In this document: positions 24,101 to 36,221 of the stretch, piece after piece
Position numbering within the stretch: position 1 is the first letter of the stretch
Layout of the letters: the number at the start of each line of letters is the position of its first letter
Position numbers and translations under genes: made by a program
Notes under the pieces: generated by a model
Seen by the model: only the letters and a program-made list of their open reading frames with translations
What the model was told of the DNA's origin: nothing
Database searches by the model: none
NCBI GenBank assembly: GCA_040437565.1
Contig: JBDOQK010000011.1
Location: 124,001 to 188,000 of the forward strand
DNA length: 64,000 nt
Direction: 5' to 3'
DNA from: Albugo candida
Taxonomy: Eukaryota

Positions 24101-26516
24101 CGTCACTGCTTGTGCTCGAGTACCTTCCCCATGCCGCTTACGCCACTTCTCGAGCTTGACATTATGCTTCTCCAACGCCAAATCCAACTTTCTTGACTTT
24201 TTGATGTGCGATTGTATGCTGCTGCTATACTTTTTATGGTCCAATTTGCCTTCGAGCTGTTTGATCTTTTCCAACCGCTGAAGTTCGACTTCCAATTTAC
24301 GCACAATCACACCACGATCACGAACAAGTTTGAGCTGCCCAGAAGTCGATTTACCGAATTGAATGTCGGCAATGCGAATACAATCGAATTCACGCGTACA
24401 AGGCTCTGCGAGTGTGAGGATCTTCTCCAAATGAGTTCGAAGCTTTTGCAAATTAAGGGTTTACACAAGTATTCGAACAGAATTGGAAGCAAATACCTCG
24501 TTTCGAAGCTGATCGAGATCGTTGTGTTTGGGCAAATGCATCAGCTGAACGGTGTAGTCGGCTGCGACGATCTGATTTCGCGAGATGCGATCGATTGCAG
24601 CAGCTTCCTTCCTCTTCATCCACAAAACTATTGCGAGAAAGACAAAAGAGCAGACAATGTCACATCCAACCGCAAAGCCCAAGAGTTGGTTTCTCTACAG
24701 CAGCACAGTGAGCTCTGGCTTGTGAAAAATACATTTGACATACGCTGATAGTATCCCAGCCAGCAATTGTGAAGCTCCATTCATTGAACAAGCTGACCGA
24801 TGTGGTGAAGCATTGCGCATATACAAGTAAACCACGAGTAAATGGATCGGGACACTGTGTGTAATCGCTAAAGTCGTTGATTCCGGCAGTGCAAATTGTA
24901 CCGAATTCCTCTGAAGTTGTGTTTCTCGGACAAAATGTTTGCGTGTGCAACTTGTTCCATGTGTACGTTGTATTTTCATCGATGACGAAGGAGCATCTGC
25001 TCTTCCCAAAGCACAGACCTTCTGCGATGGATTGTACGCTCTTACTTGCACAACCGGCCATAGTTTTGATGGTCAGAGCACTAAAATCGGGAGAATCAGA
25101 TGCAGGATCCCAAGCATCTGCACAACAAGAGACTTTGGAAACGGGATGCACTCCAAGAAAGCAGCCGTAGTCGCTGCTTGAACATCTCTTCTTGCATCTA
25201 TTGCGCGCAAAGCATTCCTCTTTGATCTCAGCACGACATTTGCCGGTTTTCGNNNNNNNNNNNNNNNNNNNNNNNNNNNNNNNNNNNNNNNNNNNNNNNN
25301 NNNNNNNNNNNNNNNNNNNNNNNNNNNNNNNNNNNNNNNNNNNNNNNNNNNNAAAGTCGTTGATTCCGGCAGTGCAAATTGTACCGAATTCCTCTGAAGT
25401 TGTGTTTCTCGGACAAAACGTTTGCATTTGCAACTTGTTCCATGTGTACGTTGTATTCTCATCGATGACGAAGGAGCATCTACTCTTCCCAAAGCACAGA
25501 CCTTCTGCGATGGATTGTACGCTCTTACTTGCACAACCGGCCACAGTTTTGATGGTCAGAGCACTAAAATCGGGAGAATCAAATTCAGGATCCCAAGCAT
25601 CTGCACAACAAGATACTTTTGAGACGGGATGCACTCCAAGAAAGCAGCCGTAATCGCTTCTTGAACATTTCTTCTTGCATCTATTGCGCGCAAAGCATTC
25701 CTCTTTGATCTCAGCACGACATTTGCCGGTTTTCGACATCACCTTGTTCCTTTCTGGACATGTACATGATCCTTGAGCTGCTTGTACCGAATAAACAGCT
25801 TTGATGAACCCGATTTCTCCAGCTGCGCACGATAATGAGATCGTTTCGCCTTGTGCGCCTTGATCACACGTGCTACTTGACTCTTTCAAATGTCCGATCG
25901 AAGTCATTCCCATCACAGACGGAACGTTTTGCTTGTACAACACTTTGAATTCCTCCCACGGTGACTCAATACCAAACACGTAAATTAAGAGCACGGGCAT
26001 TGTGATAAGAACAAGGAGGAAGAATAACCACGACATGACCTTGAGAAATTTAAAATATAAAGTAAGTCCGATTCCATAATGACTCAATACAAGCGAGTCT
26101 GTCGGGAGATCATGGAATGCATGTGCTCCAAAATCAGTGCTCATCGGATGAATTTCCGGTCTTGGATTTCCCACAGCATCCATATGAATCGATGAATATC
26201 GCATAGGATGAGTGAGGCCTCGATCGCGAAGAACTTTGGCGTACGAGAGGTATTTATACGTGCTGGTCCCACAATCAGCTGGGTAGCCTGCCAATTGTGC
26301 ATTTTCGCGAGATATTGCAAAAGAATTTCGATCGTTTTGTTCGCTTCGTATATTAACCGTACAGCCTTCAGCACTTATTTCGATCACGTTGTCACAGCCA
26401 GTATTGTCTTTCTGTGGGGCTTGTTCCTTTTCAACTTCCTGAGTGGCCTCAGTGAGAGGAGAATCGACCGGCAATGCTGAAGAGCGGGTCGTGGAGACTG
26501 TAGAAGTTTCAATCAT
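21127..26516 (-). CDS. OSCA/TMEM63 (CSC1)-like cation channel with a Cys-rich lectin-like insertion; interrupted by four assembly gaps with duplicated flanks
   Basis: LYFKFLK, DYTVQLMHLP, AFITF, PAPDPSDIKWENL and RYAQILTTIFITYLLSAGMPLL...YWADKF motifs. Last exon inferred as SIIDNKEY...DRIL*. Confidence 0.8.
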
Positions 26517-26635
26517 CGCAAGTCTGGACAGCTGGATGCGCGAGGTAAAAAAAACTATAAATAAAATATGGCATAACGTCATGCGATCGTGTATTGTATT
26601 GTTTCGATGTCTACCAAATTGGTGCGAGGTGTGAA

Positions 26636-27605
<970 letters not shown>

Positions 27606-28452
27606 TCAATGGAATTAGGTGGATTATTGGTACGACATTCAAGGAACATACAGTGGAAAGACAAGTCAACATGAGAGCATTTGAAGGTATCATGCTGTGT
27701 TGATGTTAATTATAAATCGCAACGATGTGATTACCTATTTGTAGAGATGCATATATAGAATATCTCGCTGGGTATTTGCGTGAGTCTCATCCGTCTCCAA
27801 TTTGTTCGTCATGCATATAGTTTGCATAATCCACGGAATTCTTAATGCTTGTGGTGCTGTAAAATCAGTACCGTCGCAAGTGTCAGAATAGTATTAGAGA
27901 GTGCATACTTTATCTTACTTCGTTCACGTGATATTATACTGTCCACGTATTGATGCTATACAGAGCAATTGCCGCTTCTGATTGCGACAGTAAAGAGCTC
28001 GCGATCCATACGTCACACTGGCTAGTCAACCGTATATTACTGTATAGCACTGACTTCATCATGTATACTAAAGGAACAGCGATATGTACTGCTTAAGACT
28101 ATGATGTACGCATCAGCTACGTTGCGATTTCATCTCTTCATCTCCCAATAATATGTTTGTCCTCGACCAACTCGCAATTCCGTAAAATCAAAGTCTGAGC
28201 CATCAGTATAGGGAGAGTGTCGAGCCTTTGAGATTGGTCAAAATGAGCTGTTCATATACGTGAGTATAGTTGCGGAACTCGATCAAATTGGAAAGTGAAT
28301 ATTTCGCCCAATTATTGACGCCGATAACATAACGTGCCTAAGGATCCTGACGATCAACAGATAAACGAATCAGCTAGAGCAAGCAATCAACAGAATAGAA
28401 AAGTGATAGACACACGTGTGGGAGAGCTCGTTTGCACACTAACTCTCGAAAA

Positions 28453-31400
28453 ATGAAGGAAAATCATCGAGTTGAAGTGGTCTCTCGAGCTAATCGATCC
28501 CGAAATGATTCCAAACAGCTCTGGAATACGTATCAGGAAACTACGGGCTCGATGGCCAGAGCACAGCTTGAGGATCAATCAATCTCAAGGACTGTACTTC
28601 ATGGCAAGAGTCGAAAAGGACAAAAGAAAGACACAGCCAAGCCGAAGTATGGGCCAAATTCTTCCGATGTGACGCACAATCGAAAGTTGAATAGTACAAA
28701 AACCATCCAAGGAGACACAAGGCATACTTCAGAAAAGATAATCAATTGCTTCAATGATCGAGACTCATTTGCATCCGACCGAGACTCTCAATGCTACATT
28801 GACGATAGACTGAGAATGCATCATGCAGCTTTGACAAGATCAAAAATGGCAACAGAGTCGAGTGTATCATCAAGAGCAAAAATAAGGCCAAATAAAAACA
28901 GGGAAGCACGAGAATATCACAATTCTACCGAAACAGAGTATTGGCACCGCTCTTCAAATCCTCACAATTTACCGCATACTCCAATGCTTTTGTCGGAGAA
29001 AGAGCGCAAGTCCGACTCGGTCTCTACCCGCATGCTTTCTGATAAGAAGAAAAATATGTTTTTACAATTCAATCGATCATCAGAACACGCGCATATGGCA
29101 GACCAGTATCAACGAAACTCGATCGGGCTGGAATCTGACGCTTCTTCTTCATCCAGTATTCAAATCGATGGATTCTATCGTGATTTTCATCCAAGCTTGC
29201 CAAAANNNNNNNNNNNNNNNNNNNNNNNNNNNNNNNNNNNNNNNNNNNNNNNNNNNNNNNNNNNNNNNNNNNNNNNNNNNNNNNNNNNNNNNNNNNNNNN
29301 NNNNNCAAAAATGGCAACAGAGTCGAGTGTATCATCAAGAGCAAAAATAAGGCCAAATAAAAACAGGGAAGCACGAGAATATCACAATTCTACCGAAACA
29401 GAGTATTGGTACCGCTCTTCAAATCCTCACAATTTACCGCATACTCCAATGCTTTTGTCGGAGAAAGAGCGCAAGTCCGACTCGGTCTCTACCCGCATGC
29501 TTTCTGATAAGAAGAAAAATATGTTTTTACAATTCAATCGATCATCAGAACACGCGCATATGGCAGACCAGTATCAACGAAACTCGATCGGGCTGGAATC
29601 TGATGCTTCTTCTTCATCCAGTATTCAAATCGATGGATTCTATCGTGATTTTCATCCAAGCTTGCCAAAAGAGCATCACGACCTCGTCAGAAACTCGAGA
29701 GAGGATATCAATGATATAATTGAGCAAGTAGTGATTCCTCGCTGGATTGTGCGTAGTGCTAATCAGACAGCTGAAAAAGAAAAGTCTTCATACATGAACG
29801 TATCTCAGATTGAAAAGGAGGACGACGAAGAGGTCAGCGACACCTCTTTGAATCCTCCTGTGGATCTTGCTCTCCGGACGACAAATCGAGCAGGTCTTTT
29901 CCGAAAGCCGCTGCGTAAATGGGCCGTTATAGCATCAAAACACCAATCCAAGCAATTCACGATATTCCAACTTGTTGTGTACTACCACAGTAAACGAGTA
30001 TTCACTCTAGAGAAGCGATTCAGCCAATTTCGAGTGCTTCACAAGCTTATGTGTCGAGAAAATCCTGCCATATTGCAGCTCAAATTCCCTCATCGTCACT
30101 TCTTCTCTTCTATGTCGCTACATGTGATTACTCAACGAAAGGAATGCCTGGAAGTCTATCTCAACTCACTCTTGAGCATAGCCCCACGATCCGGAAATCT
30201 GCACCATTTCTTTTCGACCGATGTCGTCACGGGCTCCTTTATGGATGGCAATGAAGAAAAGAGCAAGTTCTTTCCTGATTGTGAGCAAATGCGAAACGAA
30301 AATCCAAACTTACAACATCATCAAAGCAAATCTTTTCGCAAGAAACAGGGTGATCAACACAGCAGTCCTGGCTCTAGTTCTTTGGACTTGGATCCTCAAT
30401 CCCGTTTCAGTCAAAAAAGTTCTTCGAGGAATACATGTGGCTCGCTAAAAAGCTTTGCCAGCTTCCGTTATGGATCAGAATCCGAAGCTGAACAGCTCGT
30501 CACTATCACCGATTTCGAAATTCTTCAAGTACTAGGCAAAGGATCGTTTGGGAAGGTCTACATGGTGCGAAAGCATTCAAGTCAAGAAATTTTCGCCATG
30601 AAAGTCTTACGAAAAGCTGAGCTTGTGAAACGGAATCAGGTGCGACATACAATGACCGAACGACAAGTGTTGACATTAATATCTCACCCTTTCATCGTGT
30701 CAATGCGGTACGCATTCCAAACATCAAGCAAACTCATCATGATCTCGGATTATTGTTGTGGGGGTGAAATATTCTTTCATCTCAAGAAATTTCGATCATT
30801 CTCGGAAGCAATGGTTCGATTCTACGCAGCAGAGTTGATTGCAGCATTATCACATCTGCACGAGCATCATATTTTGTATCGAGACCTCAAGCCTGAAAAT
30901 ATATTATTGGATCAGGATGGACATATCCAATTGACCGATTTTGGGCTCTCGAAAATGAAGTGTACTGTTTTTCGTGGAGCAAAAACCTTTTGTGGGACTC
31001 CAGAGTACTTGGCGCCAGAAATGCTTCACAGTCGAAAAAATAAGACTCAGTATGGAACTGCAATTGATTGGTGGAGTCTAGGAACTTTGATTTATGAGAT
31101 GCTTACGGGATGGCCGCCATTTTTCGACCAAAATTACGATGTTATGTGCACAAAGATTTTGAAAGCTCCGCTACGATTTCCAGCACAATTTGGGCTCAGT
31201 CCTGTTGTACGCAATCTTATCGCTGGTCTTTTGCATCGTGATCCAGCTAAACGACTAGGATGTCGAGCGTCTCATGGTGGTGTCCAAGAACTGAAGCAGC
31301 ATCCTTTCTTCTCAAATATCAATTGGAAGTTACTTGAGCTTCGTTCTGTGAAACCACCGTTTAAGCCGCGCATTCGAAGTCCTACAGATACTCAAAATTT

Positions 31401-31626
31401 CGATAAAATGTTTACGCGAGAAACATTAGACCAACTCACGCTTCATGTACGTTTTATTGTTCCAATTTGCAACGATTTTACTCATATTTCCGATTTGTTA
31501 CAGAAAGAAAATCGTATCATTCACTCTCCAAGAAATGAATTCAAGGGATTCTCCTATTCTGTACAAAACAATGCGAGATCATCAGCTACAGGGTATGACG
31601 GACACGGCTTCAAGGCGCTCTGCTGA
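28453..31626 (+). CDS. AGC-family Ser/Thr kinase with PX domain (SGK/Akt-like) and long low-complexity N-terminus
   Basis: PX-like 'KRFSQFRVLHKLM...FPHR...QRKECLEVYLNSL'. Kinase motifs GKGSFGKV, YRDLKPEN, DFG and TFCGTPEYLAPE; hydrophobic motif FKGFSY. Segment 29306-29669 duplicates 28842-29205 across a gap. Confidence 0.92.
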   Translation: MKENHRVEVVSRANRSRNDSKQLWNTYQETTGSMARAQLEDQSISRTVLHGKSRKGQKKDTAKPKYGPNSSDVTHNRKLNSTKTIQGDTRHTSEKIINCFNDRDSFASDRDSQCYIDDRLRMHHAALTRSKMATESSVSSRAKIRPNKNREAREYHNSTETEYWHRSSNPHNLPHTPMLLSEKERKSDSVSTRMLSDKKKNMFLQFNRSSEHAHMADQYQRNSIGLESDASSSSSIQIDGFYRDFHPSLPKXXXXXXXXXXXXXXXXXXXXXXXXXXXXXXXXXXKMATESSVSSRAKIRPNKNREAREYHNSTETEYWYRSSNPHNLPHTPMLLSEKERKSDSVSTRMLSDKKKNMFLQFNRSSEHAHMADQYQRNSIGLESDASSSSSIQIDGFYRDFHPSLPKEHHDLVRNSREDINDIIEQVVIPRWIVRSANQTAEKEKSSYMNVSQIEKEDDEEVSDTSLNPPVDLALRTTNRAGLFRKPLRKWAVIASKHQSKQFTIFQLVVYYHSKRVFTLEKRFSQFRVLHKLMCRENPAILQLKFPHRHFFSSMSLHVITQRKECLEVYLNSLLSIAPRSGNLHHFFSTDVVTGSFMDGNEEKSKFFPDCEQMRNENPNLQHHQSKSFRKKQGDQHSSPGSSSLDLDPQSRFSQKSSSRNTCGSLKSFASFRYGSESEAEQLVTITDFEILQVLGKGSFGKVYMVRKHSSQEIFAMKVLRKAELVKRNQVRHTMTERQVLTLISHPFIVSMRYAFQTSSKLIMISDYCCGGEIFFHLKKFRSFSEAMVRFYAAELIAALSHLHEHHILYRDLKPENILLDQDGHIQLTDFGLSKMKCTVFRGAKTFCGTPEYLAPEMLHSRKNKTQYGTAIDWWSLGTLIYEMLTGWPPFFDQNYDVMCTKILKAPLRFPAQFGLSPVVRNLIAGLLHRDPAKRLGCRASHGGVQELKQHPFFSNINWKLLELRSVKPPFKPRIRSPTDTQNFDKMFTRETLDQLTLHVRFIVPICNDFTHISDLLQKENRIIHSPRNEFKGFSYSVQNNARSSATGYDGHGFKALC

Positions 31627-31845
31627 TAGTTCGCAACCTTAGAACAAAAACTAATAAACAAGTAGAAAATATCACAAGGCTAAATTCGTATGTTTTAAAT
31701 AGAGCACAATACAATTTGCAAATGGTATTATTGTTTCTGTAGGCAGTTTGCATTGCCGCAATCTTTCTCAACGAAACAACCACACTTGAACCTGGTATTT
31801 CGCAAGTTGAACTGGATATCCGCGCCATACTTTGTCGGCGATAGA

Positions 31846-32456
31846 ATGATTTCCGTCTCGAAAGCAAAGTCCACAAAAGAGTTCAAAGTGAACGGCTCTG
31901 CGAAAGAATTGATTGAGATAGCGGACCAGCTTTGTAAGATTTTTGTCGACTACAAATTGGATGGGAAATGGAACGAGTTGCTCGATGTGTATGAGGTGCG
32001 AATAGCAGTGGTTAAGCTCACAATCACATCATCTTTGACGGAATATAGACTCAAGAAAACACTGAAAACTGGAACGATATCATACGAATGTGTGCATCAC
32101 AGCAGGAAGTCGATTCTTTAAGCTTTTGGCATCTTGAGAAAGTGGCAATGGGAGAATTAGAAACGGGACGAGATGCGTATACAGAAGGAGTCAATTTATT
32201 CCAAAAAGAATCACGAAAGATTAGATCTCTGATTCAGACGATCTTGAACAGGGGCGAAGAAGCAGATGCAAAACGTAAACAGCATGAAGAAGCCATGAAA
32301 ATTCAGCGAGAAATAGTGTTGCGAGAGCTGCAAGCCGCAAAGGTATTTCAACGACACATTTATCAGAAAAACGATATGCAACTCGACCGCGAGCAGATGA
32401 CTCCAATTTCGGTAAAACAGCGATTACTTTCTGCAATAGAAACTTCTCAAAAGTAG
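31846..32456 (+). CDS. Hypothetical coiled-coil protein, probably 2 exons; start uncertain
   Basis: ORFs 31753-32121 and 32088-32456 can be joined by a GT-AG intron at about 31996-32049; charged helical composition. Confidence 0.5.
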
Positions 32457-32631
32457 ATGGCGATACTCTGCGTATAACGTATCAACATGAAAATCACGAA
32501 AACAGGCGGAGATTTGTATACTTTCATGCACATTGAGTCTAAATCATTGAGCCAAACTGCGTCACTTGGTGTGTCAGCATCCTTCAGCTTCTATAATTAT
32601 TGTTTGGGTCTACATGTGAATTCGTTACATT

Positions 32632-35112
32632 CTATGCTGTAGCGGCTTTCCTATGATTGAGAATGTTGGCAGTTCCAATTGTGTCTGCCGACTTGTTCTG
32701 AAGCCCTTTGACGGACATTTTGCCTGATATTCCCGCTTCAATGCAGACGACTTTGATTTCATCACCTATTTTCAGGTGTTCTCGTATGTCTTGTGGCTGC
32801 TGGAGTGGGAGCTCGCTGATGTGAATAAAGGCACGATGTTTGACAGGACTCGTCGACTCTAGAGACGCACCGAAATCCATAAGGTCTGTCACTTTCATCG
32901 CGTACGTGCTGCCAATCTTGAAAAATGTGCCATCAGTGAATTCCACAATCAAGTTTTTTGCATTTTCGACAAGATCTGGCGGACCGGTTACACGGATCAT
33001 TCCATCATTACGATCAATGGAAATAGTACAACCGGTTGATTTCTCCATACTTCGGATATTGGCCCCGGCTTTGCCGATCAAAAATCGGATACTGGTAGTA
33101 GGAACCTTGAACACTTCCATTATATTGGCCTCACCGGTCTGTGATGCGCCATTTTTAAGTGTGTGACGAGGTTTCGCCAATGTTCGCTCCATAGACTCCA
33201 ATATTTGGTGTCGAGCCTCTCGCGCTACCTCAATGCTTTCAAAAAGAACACTGAGGGGAACACCAGGTATCTTCACATCAAGCTGAATCGCAGTGATTCC
33301 TCTTCGAGTACCAGCGACTTTGAAATCCATGTCTCCATAATGGTCTTCCAGGCCTAAAATATCAGTTATAAGACGATATTTTCCAAATTTGGATGAAGAT
33401 TCTCGGGCTTCTGTCACAAGCCCCACTGATATTCCGGCGATAGGCGCTTCAATTGGAACACCTGCATCAAGTAAAGCTAATGAGACGCCACAGATAGTTG
33501 CCATGGACGAAGATCCATCAGAGCCAGTGATTTCGGATGTCATCCGAATAGTATATGGAAATTCTGTAGTGGATGGTAAAATCGGAAGAATTGCTTTCTC
33601 TGCAAGTGCTCCATGTCCAATCATTCGTCGATTGATGCCACCTAAGCGTCCCGTTTCATTCACACAATATGGTGGAAACTCATAATGCAGCATGGCGTGC
33701 TTGTACTCGCTCTCATCTGACGGGTCAATTGTGGCGGAACGAAGTCTCAGTCCTTTATCGAGTGATCCGAGAGTCACTGAACACAGCGCTTGTGTGTCTC
33801 CTCTGCTAAACGCTGCTGATCCGTGGGCCATAGGCAGAACACTAGTTCGCGCATCGATCTCTCGAATATGTGCTAGCTGACGACCATCAAATCGACGTTG
33901 ATGCATAATCTGGTCGCGTAGAGCGAGTCGAAATGTATCGTGTGCGACAATCGTAAAAACTTGGTCCTCATACTGGCGATCCTTGAATCGATCACGAAGC
34001 ATGCTGATGATTTTACCAAATATGTGTTTCTCAGCGTTTTGCCTTGCTTTCTTAGTATTTTCGGTATTCTGCATAGCTTGTACTGCATCTTGTAGTCCTA
34101 TTTTCTCAGCTTGATCCTTAAGAGCTTTATCGATCGTAAGCGAGTCGTATTGCCGCTTTTCCTTGCCGTGTAACTTAATTAACTCTCTCTGTGCTTTGAT
34201 AATGTCTGAGATCCCATCGTGTGCAAACCGAAGTGCTTCTGATAAACGCTCTTCATCAATTTGATCACCTTCAGCTTCAATCATGATTGTGCGATTTTGA
34301 TTACCCGCATACAGAATGTTGAGACTTGCCGCTTCTTTCTGAGCTTCCGTCGGATTGAGAACTAATTGTCCATCGACTTGAACCACACGAACACATCCAA
34401 CGGGACCATCCCACGGAATATCAGATGTTGCTAACGCAGCTGATGTGCTGTTAATTGCCAGCACCAATGGATCATTATCAGGGTCATAAGAGTGAACAGT
34501 AGCGATAATTTGTGTCTCATCAAAAAAGTCTTTAGGGAATAAGGGACGAATAACACGATCAATGACTCGAGATTGGAGTATCTCTTCATCGGATCCCGAA
34601 AATTCTTTTCGCCTGGCTGTGTCTGGGATAATACCGCTAGCATAATACTTTACACGATAATCGACCATCAAAGGTAAGAAATCTTTTCCTTTTTTTCTTC
34701 CATTCTGACTGACAGCGGTTGTGAGGATCATAGACTTTCCACATGTTGCCATTACACCTCCATCTGCAAGTCGTGCGAATTCTCCGATCGAATAAGTCGG
34801 TTTATCTAAGCTTCCTACCATCTTCAGTGGTGGGAGTTCCTCCGTTACGATACTATTGGAAGAAGCATCTGCATCGGATTCCAATTTATCGACAGTTTTC
34901 TTTGCAGGTGAATCGAACAAACGAAAGCTTAAAACTTGCTGAATCATTTTTTTCAGGTCAAAAAATGAGCGCTGCTGTTGTCGTGCGTACACATATTTAA
35001 ATGAATTCTGATGTACGAGCGTTTGCGCTAGAAGTATAGGTGAATGTACTGCAAGCTCTGTGTGTCTAGATCTCACCAAGTGCCTTGATATTCTTGATCG
35101 CGCTGACCACAT
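32632..35112 (-). CDS. PNPT1: Polyribonucleotide nucleotidyltransferase (PNPase), probably mitochondrial
   Basis: DFLPLMVDY, SRVIDRVIRPLFP, HGSAAFSRGDTQ, RRMIGHGALAEKA, GSSSMA and EDHYGDMDFKVAGT; KH (IGKAG) and S1 domains; Arg/Ser-rich leader. Confidence 0.95.
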   Translation of the reverse strand: MWSARSRISRHLVRSRHTELAVHSPILLAQTLVHQNSFKYVYARQQQRSFFDLKKMIQQVLSFRLFDSPAKKTVDKLESDADASSNSIVTEELPPLKMVGSLDKPTYSIGEFARLADGGVMATCGKSMILTTAVSQNGRKKGKDFLPLMVDYRVKYYASGIIPDTARRKEFSGSDEEILQSRVIDRVIRPLFPKDFFDETQIIATVHSYDPDNDPLVLAINSTSAALATSDIPWDGPVGCVRVVQVDGQLVLNPTEAQKEAASLNILYAGNQNRTIMIEAEGDQIDEERLSEALRFAHDGISDIIKAQRELIKLHGKEKRQYDSLTIDKALKDQAEKIGLQDAVQAMQNTENTKKARQNAEKHIFGKIISMLRDRFKDRQYEDQVFTIVAHDTFRLALRDQIMHQRRFDGRQLAHIREIDARTSVLPMAHGSAAFSRGDTQALCSVTLGSLDKGLRLRSATIDPSDESEYKHAMLHYEFPPYCVNETGRLGGINRRMIGHGALAEKAILPILPSTTEFPYTIRMTSEITGSDGSSSMATICGVSLALLDAGVPIEAPIAGISVGLVTEARESSSKFGKYRLITDILGLEDHYGDMDFKVAGTRRGITAIQLDVKIPGVPLSVLFESIEVAREARHQILESMERTLAKPRHTLKNGASQTGEANIMEVFKVPTTSIRFLIGKAGANIRSMEKSTGCTISIDRNDGMIRVTGPPDLVENAKNLIVEFTDGTFFKIGSTYAMKVTDLMDFGASLESTSPVKHRAFIHISELPLQQPQDIREHLKIGDEIKVVCIEAGISGKMSVKGLQNKSADTIGTANILNHRKAATA

Positions 35113-35197
35113 GCGCTTAACGGATGGACAGTCCAATTGATTGGGTTCCAGCAGTGGTTGACGGTTCGCGATAGGAACCGGTCCAAATCAAAGCGAA

Positions 35198-36030
35198 ATG
35201 GGAACCCGAGTTTATGTCGGTGGTTTGCCGCGTGACGCGACAGCACGTGAGCTAGAAGATGGCTTTTTGCGCTACGGTAAAATATGTAATGTTTGGATCG
35301 CAAGAAATCCACCTGGATTCGCATTTTTGGTTTGAGACATTCTTCATTGTTACCATTCATAATCATTTAAAATGGTTTCTCTTTAGGATTTTGAAGATCC
35401 AAGAGATGCAGACGATGCAATTCGATCGATGGATAATGCAGACTATCTTGGAGGAAGGTATGTATCTCCCGAATGCATACAATAAGAGAATGTTTCAATT
35501 GTGTGTAGAATTCGAGTCGAGTTAGCTCGTGGAAATGGACGAGGTGGCGATCGAGGTGACAGTGGTGGTCGTGGTAGGGATCGATTTAATGATCGAACAG
35601 ATCGTTTTGGACGAGATCAGCGTGGACGTAAGCATGTATGCGACTCGAAGTACGGTTGTGATAGTATCTATTTTTACAGGCCGCAACAACGCACGAGGCG
35701 AATTCAAAGTAATTGTATCTGATCTGCCAGAAGGAGCAGATTGGCGTCAAGTCAAAGACTTTTTACGTACTGGAGGCGAAGTAACATTCTGCAATCTGGA
35801 AAATAGCGATACTGCGTAAATCATCTACCTCCGCAATATCGATCCCGAGACTCACACATCGTTCACGCAGAGTGGCTGAATTTCGGACTCGAGAAGATAT
35901 GGAACAGGCAATAAAAAAGTTGGATGACACGGAATTCCAGGGTAATTATGTTCGTATAACAGCTGCAGAGAAGAGTAGCGACAGGAGATCGGCATCTCCA
36001 CAGGCGACCGGTCCGCGATCGAGTTGGTGA
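35198..36030 (+). CDS. SR-family splicing factor with two RRMs, 5 exons
   Basis: MGTRVYVGGLP...NVWIARNPPGFAFL|DFEDPRDADDA...IRVELAR, an RG-rich linker, then a pseudo-RRM 'VIVSDLPEGADWRQVKDFLR...AIKKLDDTEF'. Confidence 0.9.
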
Positions 36031-36221
36031 TACAAAGATTTTAAAAGAATTACTAAAATAAACTTGCGCTCATCGGGTTTATGTTTCTCATTGGACAAAA
36101 TCAGCTCCATGCCAATGGNNNNNNNNNNNNNNNNNNNNNNNNNNNNNNNNNNNNNNNNNNNNNNNNNNNNNNNNNNNNNNNNNNNNNNNNNNNNNNNNNN
36201 NNNNNNNNNNNNNNNNNNCCA

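Noticed and set aside
24206-24748. 180-aa plus-strand ORF and many similar antisense ORFs in the track
   Set aside because: Shadow ORFs opposite well-supported genes, with no motifs.
28842-29669. Duplicated 121-aa block in the kinase N-terminus
   Set aside because: Near-identical overlap on both sides of gap 29206-29305; assembly artefact.
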